Shown here piece by piece: positions 35,943 through 48,469 of a DNA stretch of 64,000 bases. The translations under genes were made by a program, and so were the position numbers. Position 1 is the first letter of the stretch. The number at the start of each line of letters is the position of its first letter. The DNA comes from Psammoneis japonica (taxonomy: Eukaryota): contig QPGO01000249.1 in the NCBI GenBank assembly GCA_008632985.1, positions 1 through 64,000 of the forward strand, written 5' to 3'. Under the pieces are notes generated by a model, which saw only the letters and a list, made by a program, of their open reading frames with translations, was not told the DNA's origin and made no database searches.

Positions 35943-38032
35943 ATGAAACTCGAAGAAGCCTGTCGCCGTCTCCGGGAAAATGATCCCACATTGACGGTGC
36001 TCGATCTTTCCGTGGGCTACTGGCATTCTCCTTCTGACAACAAACAAATTGGTGACGCCGGTGCAATTGAGCTCGCAGCGGCACTCAAACACAACACGAC
36101 ATTGAAAGAGCTCTATCTTGGCTCCAACCAAATTGGTAGCGACGGTGCAATTGCGCTCGCAGCGGCACTCAAACACAACACGACATTGACAAAGCTCGGT
36201 CTTGACGGCAACCAAATTGGCAACGACGGTGCAATTGCGCTCGCAGCGGTACTCGAAACCAACACGACATTGACAAAGCTCCTTCTTGGCTACAACCAAA
36301 TTGGTAGCGACGGTGCAATTGCGCTCGCAGCGGCACTCAAACACAACACGACATTGACAAAGCTCGGTCTTGGCGGCAACCAAATTGGCAACGACGGTGC
36401 AATTGCGCTCGCAGCGGCACTCGAAACCAACACGACATTGACATGGCTCGATCTTTGGAACAACCAAATTGGCAACGACGGTGCAAGAGCGTTCCTGCAA
36501 ACGCTGCAACAACACAATGGGAGTTTGGAGGACTTGGGCTTGAACGGCAGCACGGGCATTTCCGATACGTTGAAACGCGAAATTGAGGCATTGGCGAAAC
36601 AAAACAAGAACAAGACTCGAAATCCGCCGCCTCGGCCAAAATTGACTGGACGTGAGTTTCTACCATTTGTCTTGCATGTTTGTACCACCGGGCCATGATA
36701 ACTCACACATTGTCTGTTTTTCTATGTATTCCAAAAGAGCGATTCTTCCAGCACATTGATGAAATGGCTGCTGTCGCACAACGCAGCAGGGATGGTGACG
36801 CCATTTCCATTGCGCCCATTTTGGAGAAAGCTTGTTGTGACATGACGGACTTTCTTCAACTCAAGTATTACTTTACGGCCGTCAATGCACAGTATCGTCT
36901 GGGTACCATTACGGATAGCGATCGTAAAAAGTTGCTCTTCGATTCGCTCGTCAAGGCCAAGGACTGGTGTATATCTCCCTTTTATGTCGCCATGTATCGC
37001 GTCGCATTACGATATGCCGTATCGGAGAGTATCATTTCGATGCTTGAATATGATCAACTCGACGTGGCGGCTGTCGAATGTGACATTGCTCACGCACCTT
37101 TTATCCAAGCCATGCAAACAATAATTCGACAGAATGCTGCTCGTATCGACCGCATGGAACGGGTTTTCGACTCGTATCAACAAGCGGTTGCCACGACCTT
37201 TCAAGATCTACAGCAAAATCTTATTGCCATAAACAATCACATCAAAGCTCTTCATCAAGACATGCAATCCATGGCCCAAGCCGTGAATGACGTGCAAGCC
37301 AACACCCAGATGGTTGCCAACGCGTTCAACCAGTTTGCGTCGAGTTGGCGGTTCCGCAACAAAGTCACGGCGGGTTGCAAACTCGTGACGGGTGTCTTGA
37401 ATGCCGTGTCCTTTGGAGCTGCCGGCAGTGTGCTACAGGGCGTTGTGGATCTGACGGTGGCGCACATTGCCGACTTTGGTGACTTGTCACATCTTCGTGA
37501 GGTTGCGGCTGACATTGGCGTGTCACAAGAAGCAATGAACATGGTGGGAAGCGTGACTGTTGAGGAAATGATTGAGCACGGCATTTCTCTTGCCAGTGGT
37601 CCGATTGCCAATTATCAACTCAATCAAACTCTAAGCAAAGAGAATGCCATTGTCGTGATTGCCGCGTCAGCTGCAGTCCTTTCGAGCACCGTAGAACTCG
37701 ATGGTATCGAGGCACCGACGATCAAGCGACCTACATTGCAAGCTGGAGAACCGTCGGCGGCCGGTGAGTGTGCCGTGGAGACCAAAGACATGGATAGACT
37801 CCGATTGAAAGATGATGACGACGAGGAAGCAGATTTTCAAAATGTGCTACCAGAAAGCAAAAGGTCTGGTCTTGAAATGGAACTGAAACGCTTTGAGAAA
37901 AGACTTGAACGTAAAAAAGAAGCGGCAAAGTTGGCGAAGGAGCTTGGGCAAGATGTTACACCGATATACAGTGAGATACAAGAAATTTACTCAAAGATTG
38001 AAGAACTGGACGAGCAAATCCATAATAGTTAA
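35943..38032 (+). CDS. RNI-like/NLRC3-like LRR protein with C-terminal coiled-coil and hydrophobic helical domain; intron 36652-36737
   Basis: RLRENDPTLTVLDL cap; 28-aa NQIGxDGAIALAAAL..NTTL..L.L repeats; a GTGAGT..AAG phase-1 intron restores the frame to QRFFQH. Confidence 0.88.
36042..36485 (+). repeat. 84-bp coding tandem repeat (LRR units) with 168-bp higher-order alternation
   Basis: AACCAAATTGG at 36126, 36210, 36294, 36378 and 36462; units alternate S/KH and N/ET. Confidence 0.95.
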
Positions 38033-38269
38033 TGACGATAACAGCTAGAGATTAGCAGAGAAAACGAAACAGCCAATGACTTGTACGTTGCTTTTTCGGT
38101 TTTGTATCGCCGGAATTGCATAGTGTGGTATTGTAAAAGCATAAAAATGCAAATGGGTGATTCTCACGCAACTTTTTTCATTTTTAATTTCTCTTGTTTG
38201 TAGGAGAAGTAGTGGCGAAACGAGAACGACTTAAACAGGAAGCCGCAGAGCAACAACAAGAGGCGGAAA

Positions 38270-41200
38270 GATTGTGCGGCGTGTTTTGTTGCAGCTTTTG
38301 AAAGGTGGTGGGTTGATTGCCTTGCATGGTCGTCATCAGCTGGTGGCTGGTGCTTCTGCAACATTGTCATTTTTTCACAGCTTTTGCACCACCACAGAGT
38401 GATCCCTTTGGGGAGCCTTTTGCCTGCCCCCACTTGACAATCTTTGCGGAAATTTTTTTCAACAAATTGACAGAGACTTCTTGAGATGATGCTGCTCTTG
38501 ATTTGCTTCTCAGGGTTTTGGTTGGTGCACAACCATTGCGCATCATTGTTTGGCTGTCATGCTTTTGCAAAAAGAGCACACCTTTCTGAACAAAATGATG
38601 CAACAGAGCCTTGAAGACACTTGTGACACAAGTGCAAGCATGTTGTGGTTGACTGAGCTTTGGACTCATTTTGACAAAGCTCGCGTGTGCATTGCAAGCA
38701 TTTCTTTGTGCATCCAGTCCATGTGCACAGGTGCACCCTCTGGTCTGTGGCAGCTCTTTCTTGCCTGCTCTGCAACCACATTCTCTTCTTCATTGTCTGA
38801 GGCACAACATGGCTTGCTTCATTGTGGGAGATCTTGGCAGTGTTGTGCAAACAAGCCCAAGCTTTGTGCTGGGCGGGGTGGAGAGGTGGAGGCTTGTGCT
38901 GCTGAGCTCCTTGCCTTCTCTTGGATGATGCAAGGACACCACAAACCTCCCCGACAGCTCTGGGGGCCTTAAAAATGGGCAGGGCAACTCAAAACTGCCT
39001 CTGAAAGGCTCCCTGGTGCTGAGTGCACTGTTCTGTGTGTCATGGTGTCAGTGACTTGTCATTGCTCACATTGCTCTGCTCACATTTTCGTTTTGCCTGT
39101 CATTTTGCCAGCATGAGTGTCTGCAACTGCAAGAGCTCACAGCAGCCTTTCCAGGCCAATTTCTGCATGACACAAGTCCTTTGATGGCATGGCATTTGTT
39201 CATTTTTTGGAGAACCAAGCCTTGAAGGTTTCAGCACATCTGGTTGGTTCTAGAGAGAGGTGATGGATGAAATGTGGACAAGGTTGTGGATGGAATCTGG
39301 GCAAACAATGTGTTGTTTCTGCTCAACAGCAGAGCCAGTTAGTGTGTGGGCATGTGCACGCAGATGGAGTCTCTGTTGAGAGCAGCCACTCCAGAGAGCA
39401 GAAGTTGGTGCACAAGGTGAAAGATCCTTGACTCGTCGTGGCATTTTTGGCATTCTCTGTTGACAACAAAAAGTTGAACAATGCATTTAAAAATTGCTCA
39501 TGGCATTTTGCTGTGTTCTTCGGAGATGTGATTGCATGGCTCTCGGCACTCCAGTTCTCTTTAAGGTGTCATGCAAAGACCAGGTTGTGCAGAAAAAATG
39601 CAAAATCACTGCACTCATGCGCAGCCAAAACTGGTGGCAAAATTTCCATTCGTGGCACAATGTGCCACAGAAATTCTTGAACAGATTTTCCCGGGACTGA
39701 ACACGACAAAGCATCAACTTCGAGGAGCTGGATGACAATGATGTGTCTTTGTAAGATTGTCAAGAGCAGATGTTGATTGCGACAGGTCAAACTGCAAGTC
39801 ACACCCACATGTCCACAGATGTCATCATTTAAAAACTGTTGCCTTCCAATTTGTGATTTAGAGGAAATCTTGTGACATCTCCGGACACGTTGGTGTGAGA
39901 TGCCGTTTGACCCCCCAAACCTTCTTCCCCCGTGTGTGCTTGAGACACTTCGACACCTCTTTCTTTGTGACACTTGACATGCCAACAAGACAGTCACCAC
40001 TGAAAATCTTTGCTCCACTCAGTCCACTCAATGCAGAATTGTTGGTGTGGTCTGCGGCCCACGAGCAACAGCACACAAGTCTTTGCATGATGCGGTCATG
40101 CCCGCCAGGTGCATCAACTTTCCTGCTCTGCTGTGCAATGCTGTCACAACCAAAATTCTACCCAAGCAGCATTTTTCCACTGGAAAGTGGAGTTCTGGCA
40201 TGTGGAAATGTCAATGCAGGGTTGGCACTTTCTTAAAAATTCTGCCACACATCCACACTGTTTGTTCTGCTCAGGTGGAAGGCACAGCAGAATTTTTGAG
40301 CCAAAAATTCCACCCTGTGCACCCCCTTTGCATGATCTAAATCGTCTGTCCTTGGTGATCATGGACAAAAAAAATGCTGAAAGTTCTGCCGTCTCAATGC
40401 GGCATCTCAACCATGATTGCCACCCCATGCAACCCCAGCAAACATGCCAATGCCAGCTGCACATCTGGTGGCATGGCAAGCAGCACTCACAGGTGGCATG
40501 TCCTGAGTGCAGCAGAAACATTTGTGCTCCTTGTGGGGAAAGCAGATGAACCACTTGCACCACTTTCCACTTTGACAAGCTCCAAAGCACCCACCTGAGA
40601 TCACTGTTGTGAGTTTTGTGTTTAAATGGCACCAAACAATTGCACCAGCCCAAAGAACAATCAGCATCTCATTGCACTTCCACCAGCTTGACAAGAAAAC
40701 AAGCTGATCCCCAGTGCAGAAGACACGGCCAAGGGTTGCCACCATCAATCTTTCTGGATTTTTCCACATCATTGGCTTGAGATGCATTTTTAACAACCAT
40801 TTGGTCCACAATCACCTTGGTGCTTTTGCTGCAATGGGTGTCGAGTGGACCAGCGAGGGATGGCAAGACAGTCAAAGCAGTGAGGGAAAAAGTGTGCCAC
40901 ACTTAAAAAGCATCAAATGTGCAAAAGATGCAATGTGCAAAACAAACAAACTGCAAAACATGACCATCACATTTTCAACACTTTTGTCAGCAAATTCTGT
41001 TGTTCTCACCTTGCAGTCCGAGTGCCAACAAGCTTGATCATGAGTGCCACTGTGTCAGACGCGGCAGCCCTGTTTGTGTCATCTCTTGGAGCGAAAGTCA
41101 CGAAACACCCAAGAGGTGAGGAGCAGAAACAAATCCGCTGCAATCATTTTTTCACAATCACCATGGTCCACAATGGTGTTCATGCCGTCACTGCAATGGG

Positions 41201-41650
41201 TGCCAGGCAGACCTGTGAGCGACTACAAAACAAGAGCAAAAGTGAGAGAAAAGCAGCGCCATAGAAAAAAGCATCAAATGCCCAAAAGACGGGCTTTGCA
41301 ATGAATGCAAACACACAACCATGAGATTTTTAATGGCTCCTTTGGCAAGCATTGGCATTCTCACCTTTGTCCTCCAATCACCAAGCAGAAATGTCAACAC
41401 CACTGTTCGCTGTTGCCGACATGGCAGCACCGCGTGTTTCCTCTCTTGCAGCAAAAGCCGTCATCTCAAACACCCAAAAGGCGAGAGGGTTGGCAAAAAT
41501 CCAACACAAGCATCGTTTTCTTCACAATCACATCAGTCAACAATGGCATCCATGCCTTTGCTGCAATGGGTGCCAAGCACAACTGTGGGCATTCAAAGGC
41601 CATGGGGTGCAGGTGATGGCACGGTGTCTTTTTTGTGCGTCGTTTCCTTC
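38270..41650. mobile_element. Degenerate transposon block including a piggyBac-like remnant (about 39560-40550, + strand)
   Basis: DQVVQKK(C)KITALMRSQNWWQNF(H)SW resembles piggyBac DQ..Y..R.KWW..F.W; CQLHIW..VACPECSRNICAPC resembles the C-terminal Cys-rich domain; strong CpG/TpA loss. Confidence 0.55.
40780..41590 (+). repeat. Degenerate tandem repeat, period about 370 bp, about 2.5 units
   Basis: CTGCAATGGGTG preceded by CAAT-containing homology near 40830, 41190 and 41560; 41040-41220 aligns to 41395-41590. Confidence 0.7.
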
Positions 41651-41927
41651 GTCTTGGAGGTTTTCTTTCGGCTTCAACTTTTTGCGTGTGTTCACGTGGA
41701 TTGACTGCTGTTGCGTGGGTTCAACACTGATTGCTGCGGCTTCGTCTTCTTCCTGTAGGATGAGGCAGGCAGGACCATGTACTCTCTACTGTACAGCACA
41801 GGGTAGAACTGAGGATAGATTATTTCCCCTTCCCACGTCTCTCTGGCGCCGGGGGGGCGGGGACCGGGACTGGCCCTTGGGACTGGCGACCCAATTACCT
41901 GCAGTGCTTTTAGATTGAGCATTGAGT

Positions 41928-43046
41928 ATGCGTCAAGTTGATCGGAACTTGCACGACGCATGTGAACACGGCCGTCTTGCTGAAGTTAAGGAGTTGGTGC
42001 AAAGGTACGGTGCCAATTTCCGTTCGGCCGATAGTTCCGGCGACACGATCATGCACGTGGCATGTTATCATGGGCATTTACCAATTGTTCAATGGCTTTC
42101 ACAACTGCACCACGCTGAAGGTGCATCGCGCTCTGTGATGTATGCACGAAACAACGATGGCAATACACCTCTACACGACGCCTGCCATGAGGGGCACGTG
42201 CCAGTGGTGGAATGGGTATTGGGGCAGCAGCCATTGTCGTCGCACAAAAATCAGCACGGAAACAGGGAACAACATCAACCTTTTCATTTATCCCTGCTGT
42301 TGGCTACGGACAGTCGAGGCAATACACCCTTGCGTGACGCTTGTACTAAAGGCCGTTTGGATGTGGTCAAGGTAATTCGGCGTATGGTGTTCGACGCTAC
42401 TGATCGAATGGCTTTGGTGACGAAACAAAATGCTAAGGGCGATACCCCTTGGACATGGCTCGACAGATTGAAGGCCGTGGTGACATGGTGCGGGAATTGC
42501 GATCCTGGACGATGGTCGTTGAGCCCGTCTTTTTGAGCCATGCCGGACAAGATGCGTTGGCTGCTGCCTTCAGCGTCTTTTTAGATGAGCACCTGCTACG
42601 AGAGTATGGGATTCGCAGCTTTCTAGATTCACGCACCATCAAACCAGGGGATCGATGGGAAGATGCGATTGAACAAAATGCCCGGAGTTGTTGTATTTTT
42701 GTCTGCATCCTATCTGAAACGTACTTCTCTCGTTACTGGTGCCTACGTGAGCTGGACTATGCCTTGGAATCGGGGAAACCCATCATCCCTGTATATCTCA
42801 CGGCTGAGCCATTTCCCACTGCCGATATGGCCACCACAAGGCAACAAATGAATACCATATTGCAAGAACGCCCCCCCTCCCGATGATCCACAACTTTCAG
42901 TAACCCGAGAGAGATGGTGTAACAATTTATTGGAACTCAAGTCCATTCAAGGAATGCGCAACTATTCGACACACAAGCACAGTCTGGTTCATTTCCGAAA
43001 TGAAGTTGCACAAATCGTCGCAGACAAGCTCAACTCCCTTGCATGA
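41928..43046 (+). pseudogene. Ankyrin-repeat plus TIR domain gene with two frameshifts in C runs (or assembly errors)
   Basis: Ankyrin GDTIMHVAC, GNTPLHDAC and GNTPLRDAC; TIR VFLSHAGQD..SFLD..PGD.W..ILSETYFSRYWCLRELD..IIPVY; shifts at 42445-42448 and 42871-42877; the tail ERWCNNL..IQG..EVAQIV ends at 43046. Confidence 0.8.
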
Positions 43047-43666
43047 CAACCGCTTGACTGCAATGGAAACAGACTCATCAACGTCCAGAATCGGAAAGTT
43101 TTGGACAACCCAGTTCATTCATTGAATACAAAGGCTCTGCTGGTCCATGGAATAACCATGAGCAACAGCAACAGCGATCATCTGCCACCAAATCTGGGCC
43201 GGAACTATACCGTTACGCCAACCCCTCTGGCCAGGAGACAGGTGCCTTTGCGACTCGTGGTGTTGATGGGAATTCCCAAAGAAATTAGTTCGTCATTTAA
43301 TCCCGTGTAGAGTAAAATTCAGATCAATGCATGTGGAAAAGACACTGTACAAAAATGTCTGGGATTGCTCGAAATTCACGTCTTGGTGTCTTGCCCGGGG
43401 CTGGTGGATGATGGAAATCATTTTGCCGCATTACTGGGTGTGGTTTGATGCAACACCGACCAATCTTCATTGTTCTCTCTTGAGAGGGTCATCCCCAAGG
43501 AGCCATTTTTGACCACTGGTAAAAAGGTGGAATGAACCACCCAAATGTCCCATCGCTCGTACTATTTGGATCGAGCGTCCATCACAGCACCCGGCGGGAC
43601 TGGTTGAGTCGTCCTCCGGTAGCATGGATTGTGGTCACAATTACAGTAAAGTACAGTTGTTCTGTT

Positions 43667-45115
43667 TTAACCATTTTCTGAAATGTCATCGTCCTCGGGG
43701 GAGAGAGAATTGTCTTTTGATGAAATCGCTGTTTGATCGTTGAGAATGACACTAGGAACAAAGAACTGATCTCGTACATCATTCTGGACAGCCCCAGCCA
43801 ACTGCTGGAGCGGCAAGAGTTGAAAAGCGTTTTCAATCTCCATACCCACTTCGTCGATACCCACTAGAACATAGGCTGTCGTCATGGTTGCAACGGTTAC
43901 TCCGATTGTGGACGACAAGCCATTGGCAACAAGAGATATCGGCATGAGCAGCATCCAAATCAACATGACGCGGCTCAAATGACGGCTGTATGTGGGAGGA
44001 ATGGGAGATCCAAACAATCTTTCACAGGCTCCTACACAAGATTCGAGCTCGGCAATTCGTTCTTCAATGCAGAAATGAAAAGCTGGTGCGTAGTCAAGAG
44101 CCATGCTGCTCAGAACTTCTCCATAAATTTGTCGTATTCGAGATGGAATAGCCACGTATGGTTTTCGTTGAGACGATATCCAATGGCACTCGGTCCCACT
44201 TCCAAGCATGGTCTCTAGTACGGTCAATTGACTCGACTCGTCTTCGCCTCGGACAAAAGCTTTCAACGACCACCCCAAAAAGGATAGATATCTAATGATC
44301 AAAACCGAAGCTTCTGGAGCGTGTGGGTACAGGTACGCCCTTATTAAGCTAGACAATGATCGAGCATGAAGTACCTGGGCATATTGGGATGAAGATGAGG
44401 GGAAAAGTTGCACCGAATTGTTGGTGTTCTTGTTATGGCATTTTGTACATTTCAGCAATAAGCGGCGGCATTAAACACATGATCTTACCAGCCGTCCCCA
44501 CATAAGGCGGGCCTCGACGAGACGACTCATACTAGCGTTCGCTCTAAGTGTGAGAAGGAGTACCAATGGAGCTGTCAAGAAGGCAGTGGCCTGTCCTGCG
44601 CCTGAAGCCTGAAGCAACTTGGTCAATCCTGACCATCTGTTGATTGCAAGGGACAACAGGCAAGCCCAACACGAAGAAAACAAGACGGCTGGTAAAATTT
44701 TCCGAGCTGTCGTACTCCCTGTCCAACCCAAGACATGTCTTGCATAACGACGGTGCGGAGGATTCGAATGTATCTGCCATGTCTTGTGAGTCCATATGCG
44801 TGTATAGCTGGATCCTGCTGAAACCAACGAAACAGGAACGGATGTGTCGGCCGACGGATCTGGAGGACGAAGCAGGGAAAGCTCTTCCAAATCACAGGAT
44901 AATTTCTCTAACAGTGGCGCTTGGAGATGTGGATCATGTGTTGTGTTGGAGGAAGTGGTCCTCAGCGCCGAAGTTATTGTGCGATGGTTGCAGCGAGCAT
45001 CAATGATTTCGTGAGGGGGCAGGCTTCTTTTGGAAGGGATGAAGGCGAGTGAACAGTCATCGAAAAGCAACAAAAGCAAACAGATGCTAACCGACAAGCA
45101 ATGTTTGTGGAGCAT
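43667..45115 (-). CDS. Plastid-targeted bestrophin-like (UPF0187/VCCN1/BST-type) anion channel; intron 44375-44488
   Basis: Signal plus SLA-FIP; LLLTLRANASMSRLVEARLMWGRL|VLHAR; GACERLFGSPIPPTYSRHLSR; GIDEVGMEIENAF. Confidence 0.9.
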
Positions 45116-45299
45116 GGTTCATCATCGACACACAAGGAGCGACTGTCGTTCTCGAAGCACATCGGCGGCGACCCCGAGCAGCCAGAGCTGGAGCTGGATT
45201 GCAAAGAGTCAAACAAGGCTTTGGGCCTTCGGATGAGCTTTGGCATGTCGTGCGTTGCTCGCTCGCGCGCGGGCGGTGAGAGGTGAGAGACGCGAGCGG

Positions 45300-46760
45300 C
45301 GAGCGACTGGTGTGGTGAGCGGAAACTCAGCCAGAGCGATGCTCTCAGAAAAGAAAACCCGTTTTGAGGTTGCTTCAGTGACTGCTGTGTGGTGCTTCTT
45401 AACTGACAATGTGCTTTTGTGATGTTTGATGGGCAGTGAGTGCCCTGTTTCTCACCACAGGCTGAGCTGCCATCAGAGCGCCAACGCAAACAACTGAAAA
45501 TGGCTCTGAGCAGCATCTCTGACGTTTTGGCGATGCTGCATCACAAACATCAGCGATGGCAGTGACATGCCAGAAAACAATTTGGGAGCAGCTCTTGACA
45601 TGGCCAGTGGCACGTGTGATGACAATGCCTCATCAGCAATGTGAGAAACTTTTTGAAAAACAACCCTCAGGAGCATCGCCGACACGTTGCTGACATTTTG
45701 AGGGGAACTTGAACCTTTGCCGATGCTTGCCAATTTCACACCACTTGAGAGCACAATGTGTTGCCACACTGCCTGGTGCCACAGCAAAGCCATTCACCCA
45801 CACAGGCAGATGGGTGCGCCACGAGAGTGCTCAGTCAGCACCCCAGCACACGACGCCCAACACCCTGCACAGTTCTTGCCACTCGGCACCTCACTTGTGT
45901 GCCATGTGCCAGCAGTTGATTGCTGAAAAGGAGAGAGCAGAAAGGGATCAAAGATTGGCACATTAGATTCTAAGATGAAACATCAAGATTTTGTGTGAGT
46001 CAGTTGGAGAAAACATTGCTGATGCCAGCAGGGTCATGGGGCAGCCACTCACCAAAAAATCGGCAAGAGACCTTGAATTCTGAGAAGTTGGCAGGCAGGG
46101 GAGCATCTGCTGAAAGAGACATGCCAGGTGGAGCCAGCACTCTGCAAACAAAGTGAAACCCACTGCATGTGGCTTTCTCCTGAGACAAAAGTGCAAGAAA
46201 TCCAGGTCTGCTCTTGACAAACCTGTGTGTCATGGCCAGGCAGAGCAGACACCAACATTGTGACAGAAGCCAATGCCCTTTGACATTGTTGTGCATGACC
46301 CCAAGGAATCCAAGATTTGCAAAGGTGCTTTTTTCATGGTGGCATGCCACATGCTCAACGCACATGTGGGATTGTCGATGACCACGAATTGTGGTTGTGG
46401 GGGGCTGTTTGCACTTCCAAGAGCACAGCAGAGTGACAGCTGCAAGTGTCTGAGAGGAAAAACCAAGTCCAGAAATGACATGCACGTGGTGGCTCACATG
46501 AAATGTCAGAAGCAATGCTCGAATGTCAAACTCTGAGAGAGTGGTGGCATCAAAAAGTGAATGGAGAGCTGAGAGCCACAAGTGGTCACAACCAGTGGCT
46601 CCCAAGCACAAGACCTGCACTGCCAGCTCTGCAATGGGTGCTCTTTGGCTGTAGAATACAAGGCACCATGGTGGCACAAGACTGGACATGGTTCAGGTGT
46701 GGAGCAGGGGATGTGGGGAAATCAACGCACATCTGGACAAGCTGGCCGGTGTGTTGATTC
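45300..46760. mobile_element. Degenerate CpG/TpA-depleted block, family unassigned
   Basis: Same compositional signature and Tyr-poor ORFs; no diagnostic motif recognised. Confidence 0.55.
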
Positions 46761-46850
46761 TTGGATGTAGAGTTCCCCTAGCGTGTTTGTATGTCGGAAT
46801 TGCAACAACTTTTGGCATTCAGAGTTACTCCTTATCAAGTGCATACTACC

Positions 46851-48469
46851 TTACCATTTTTCCAACACCGCCACACAGTCACCAACAGTTGCCGCTCCAC
46901 CCGCCAGTCGTTCCGTCAACTCCTTTAAGTCGCCCTTGTGGTTGCGCAACAACAATTCCGCTTCCATGTATGCCCATTTGAGCAAGTCTTCTTCCTGATC
47001 CGTAAACCACGTCAGCACAGACTCGTCATTGCCCAGCAGCTCCTTTTTCTCATCCAAACGTTCTAAAAAGCCCCGACCTTCTCTCGGATCGGAAACAATC
47101 AGCTGCGGGTGCTTGGACGACTCCATCGCTACAGGAGCCATGAGCCAAATTAGTACTTTGAGAATGCCCACATCGCTCAAAAGAGAGTCCATTACATTGC
47201 TCATTGAAGAATCAGCTCCTGTCTTTTTCGTCGATTCAAATATCAGTACCGCAGCCTGAAAAAAAAATGTAAGAAAACGCTCATGCGACCTTAGCAGTGA
47301 TAAACGAGAGATGATTCAAAACTTCTGTCCGACTTACTTCAAGAGCATTCGGACGAAAAGCAAAGCACGGCAATCCCAAGCTGTAAGCAGCAAAAAAGGC
47401 GGCTGCCTCGCATCGGCATTCCCGTTCAGTGTCGACATTAATGAGACGCGTCAAACCACGAACGACAGTCCCAGTGACTTTCCCGGACCCCAAAGAAAGA
47501 GGCATATCTTCTTTTTGCGGTAGATCTACCTTATCCAGCAGCTCAGAATCAGCTTGGTTCTTTGCTACCGACGCTCCGGCCTTGATCAAGTCAAAAAAGT
47601 TGTCCACCACGCCAACTGCAATTAGAGCTGTCAAAAGTATGTTTGTAAAGGGAGTGAAATCACCCATACCCAGAACATTGCAGACGAAGCAGAAACCCAC
47701 TACAGAACTAAAAGCCAGAGCACTCGCCACTTCGGAGGATCGATCATCGATTGGTACATCGTCAGCATCGTCCAAGCGTTCTTGTCGCGTCTTGAAAGAT
47801 CCGTCTGGACACTTTACTTTCGTCGTGGGCGTGTTTGGAAGAGGCATAATCTCGGCTTGCAAAGCGCCATACTGTGACATTGCCCCATTCTTTTTACAAA
47901 TTGACATAATATTTGCCATAGCTGGTGCATTGTGGGACTTGGCAGTGGCCTTCGTGGAGGAAAAGCGATAAAAGCGGGATGAATACACAGGAAAGCCGTA
48001 CACAAAAAAACTACAAAGAAAATCGAAAGCAACTTTCTCGATTTTCGATACTTACATCCACAAGAGCCATTAAACTCCTTCCACTGGCAGGTACTCGTCG
48101 CATATTCATTTCGTTCAAGAGTGATATTGGATCCTGGAGATCCACCAGCGCTTGTTCTTCCTCTTGTGTTTCATCTAATATCTTTGCACAGAGACCTGTC
48201 AAGACTGCATCGTATTGATCTCCTTCGTCCAAGGCCGCAAAGGCTGATGCCAATCGTGTTCTTTCATCTTCGTTCTGTAGAACGATACTGGCTCCGTTGG
48301 GTTGGGGTTCTTGTTGTTGCTGCTGCTGATCGGCATCGTACAAGCGCGTCGTGGTGAAAGCCATGCGGTCGCGATGGGACATCCTGTGTGCTCTCGCATT
48401 GTTCATCAGTGAGACTGGCATCAATGCGTTTGTGCTTCCAAGGCAAACCACAACACCAATAAATAACAT
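46851..48469 (-). CDS. Probable plastid protein of the M41/FtsH-protease-domain-like family with degenerate HExxH; introns 47950-48055 and 47256-47337; start approximate
   Basis: Three exons join in phase 0 (LVD|ATAK, ALE|AAVL); two TM helices; CEAAAFFAAYSLGLP; MAPVAME; C-terminal TVGDCVAVLE. Confidence 0.7.

Noticed and set aside
36042..36485. CRISPR-like regularly spaced repeats
   Set aside because: In-frame 84-bp LRR coding units with no unique spacers and no cas genes, in a eukaryotic context.
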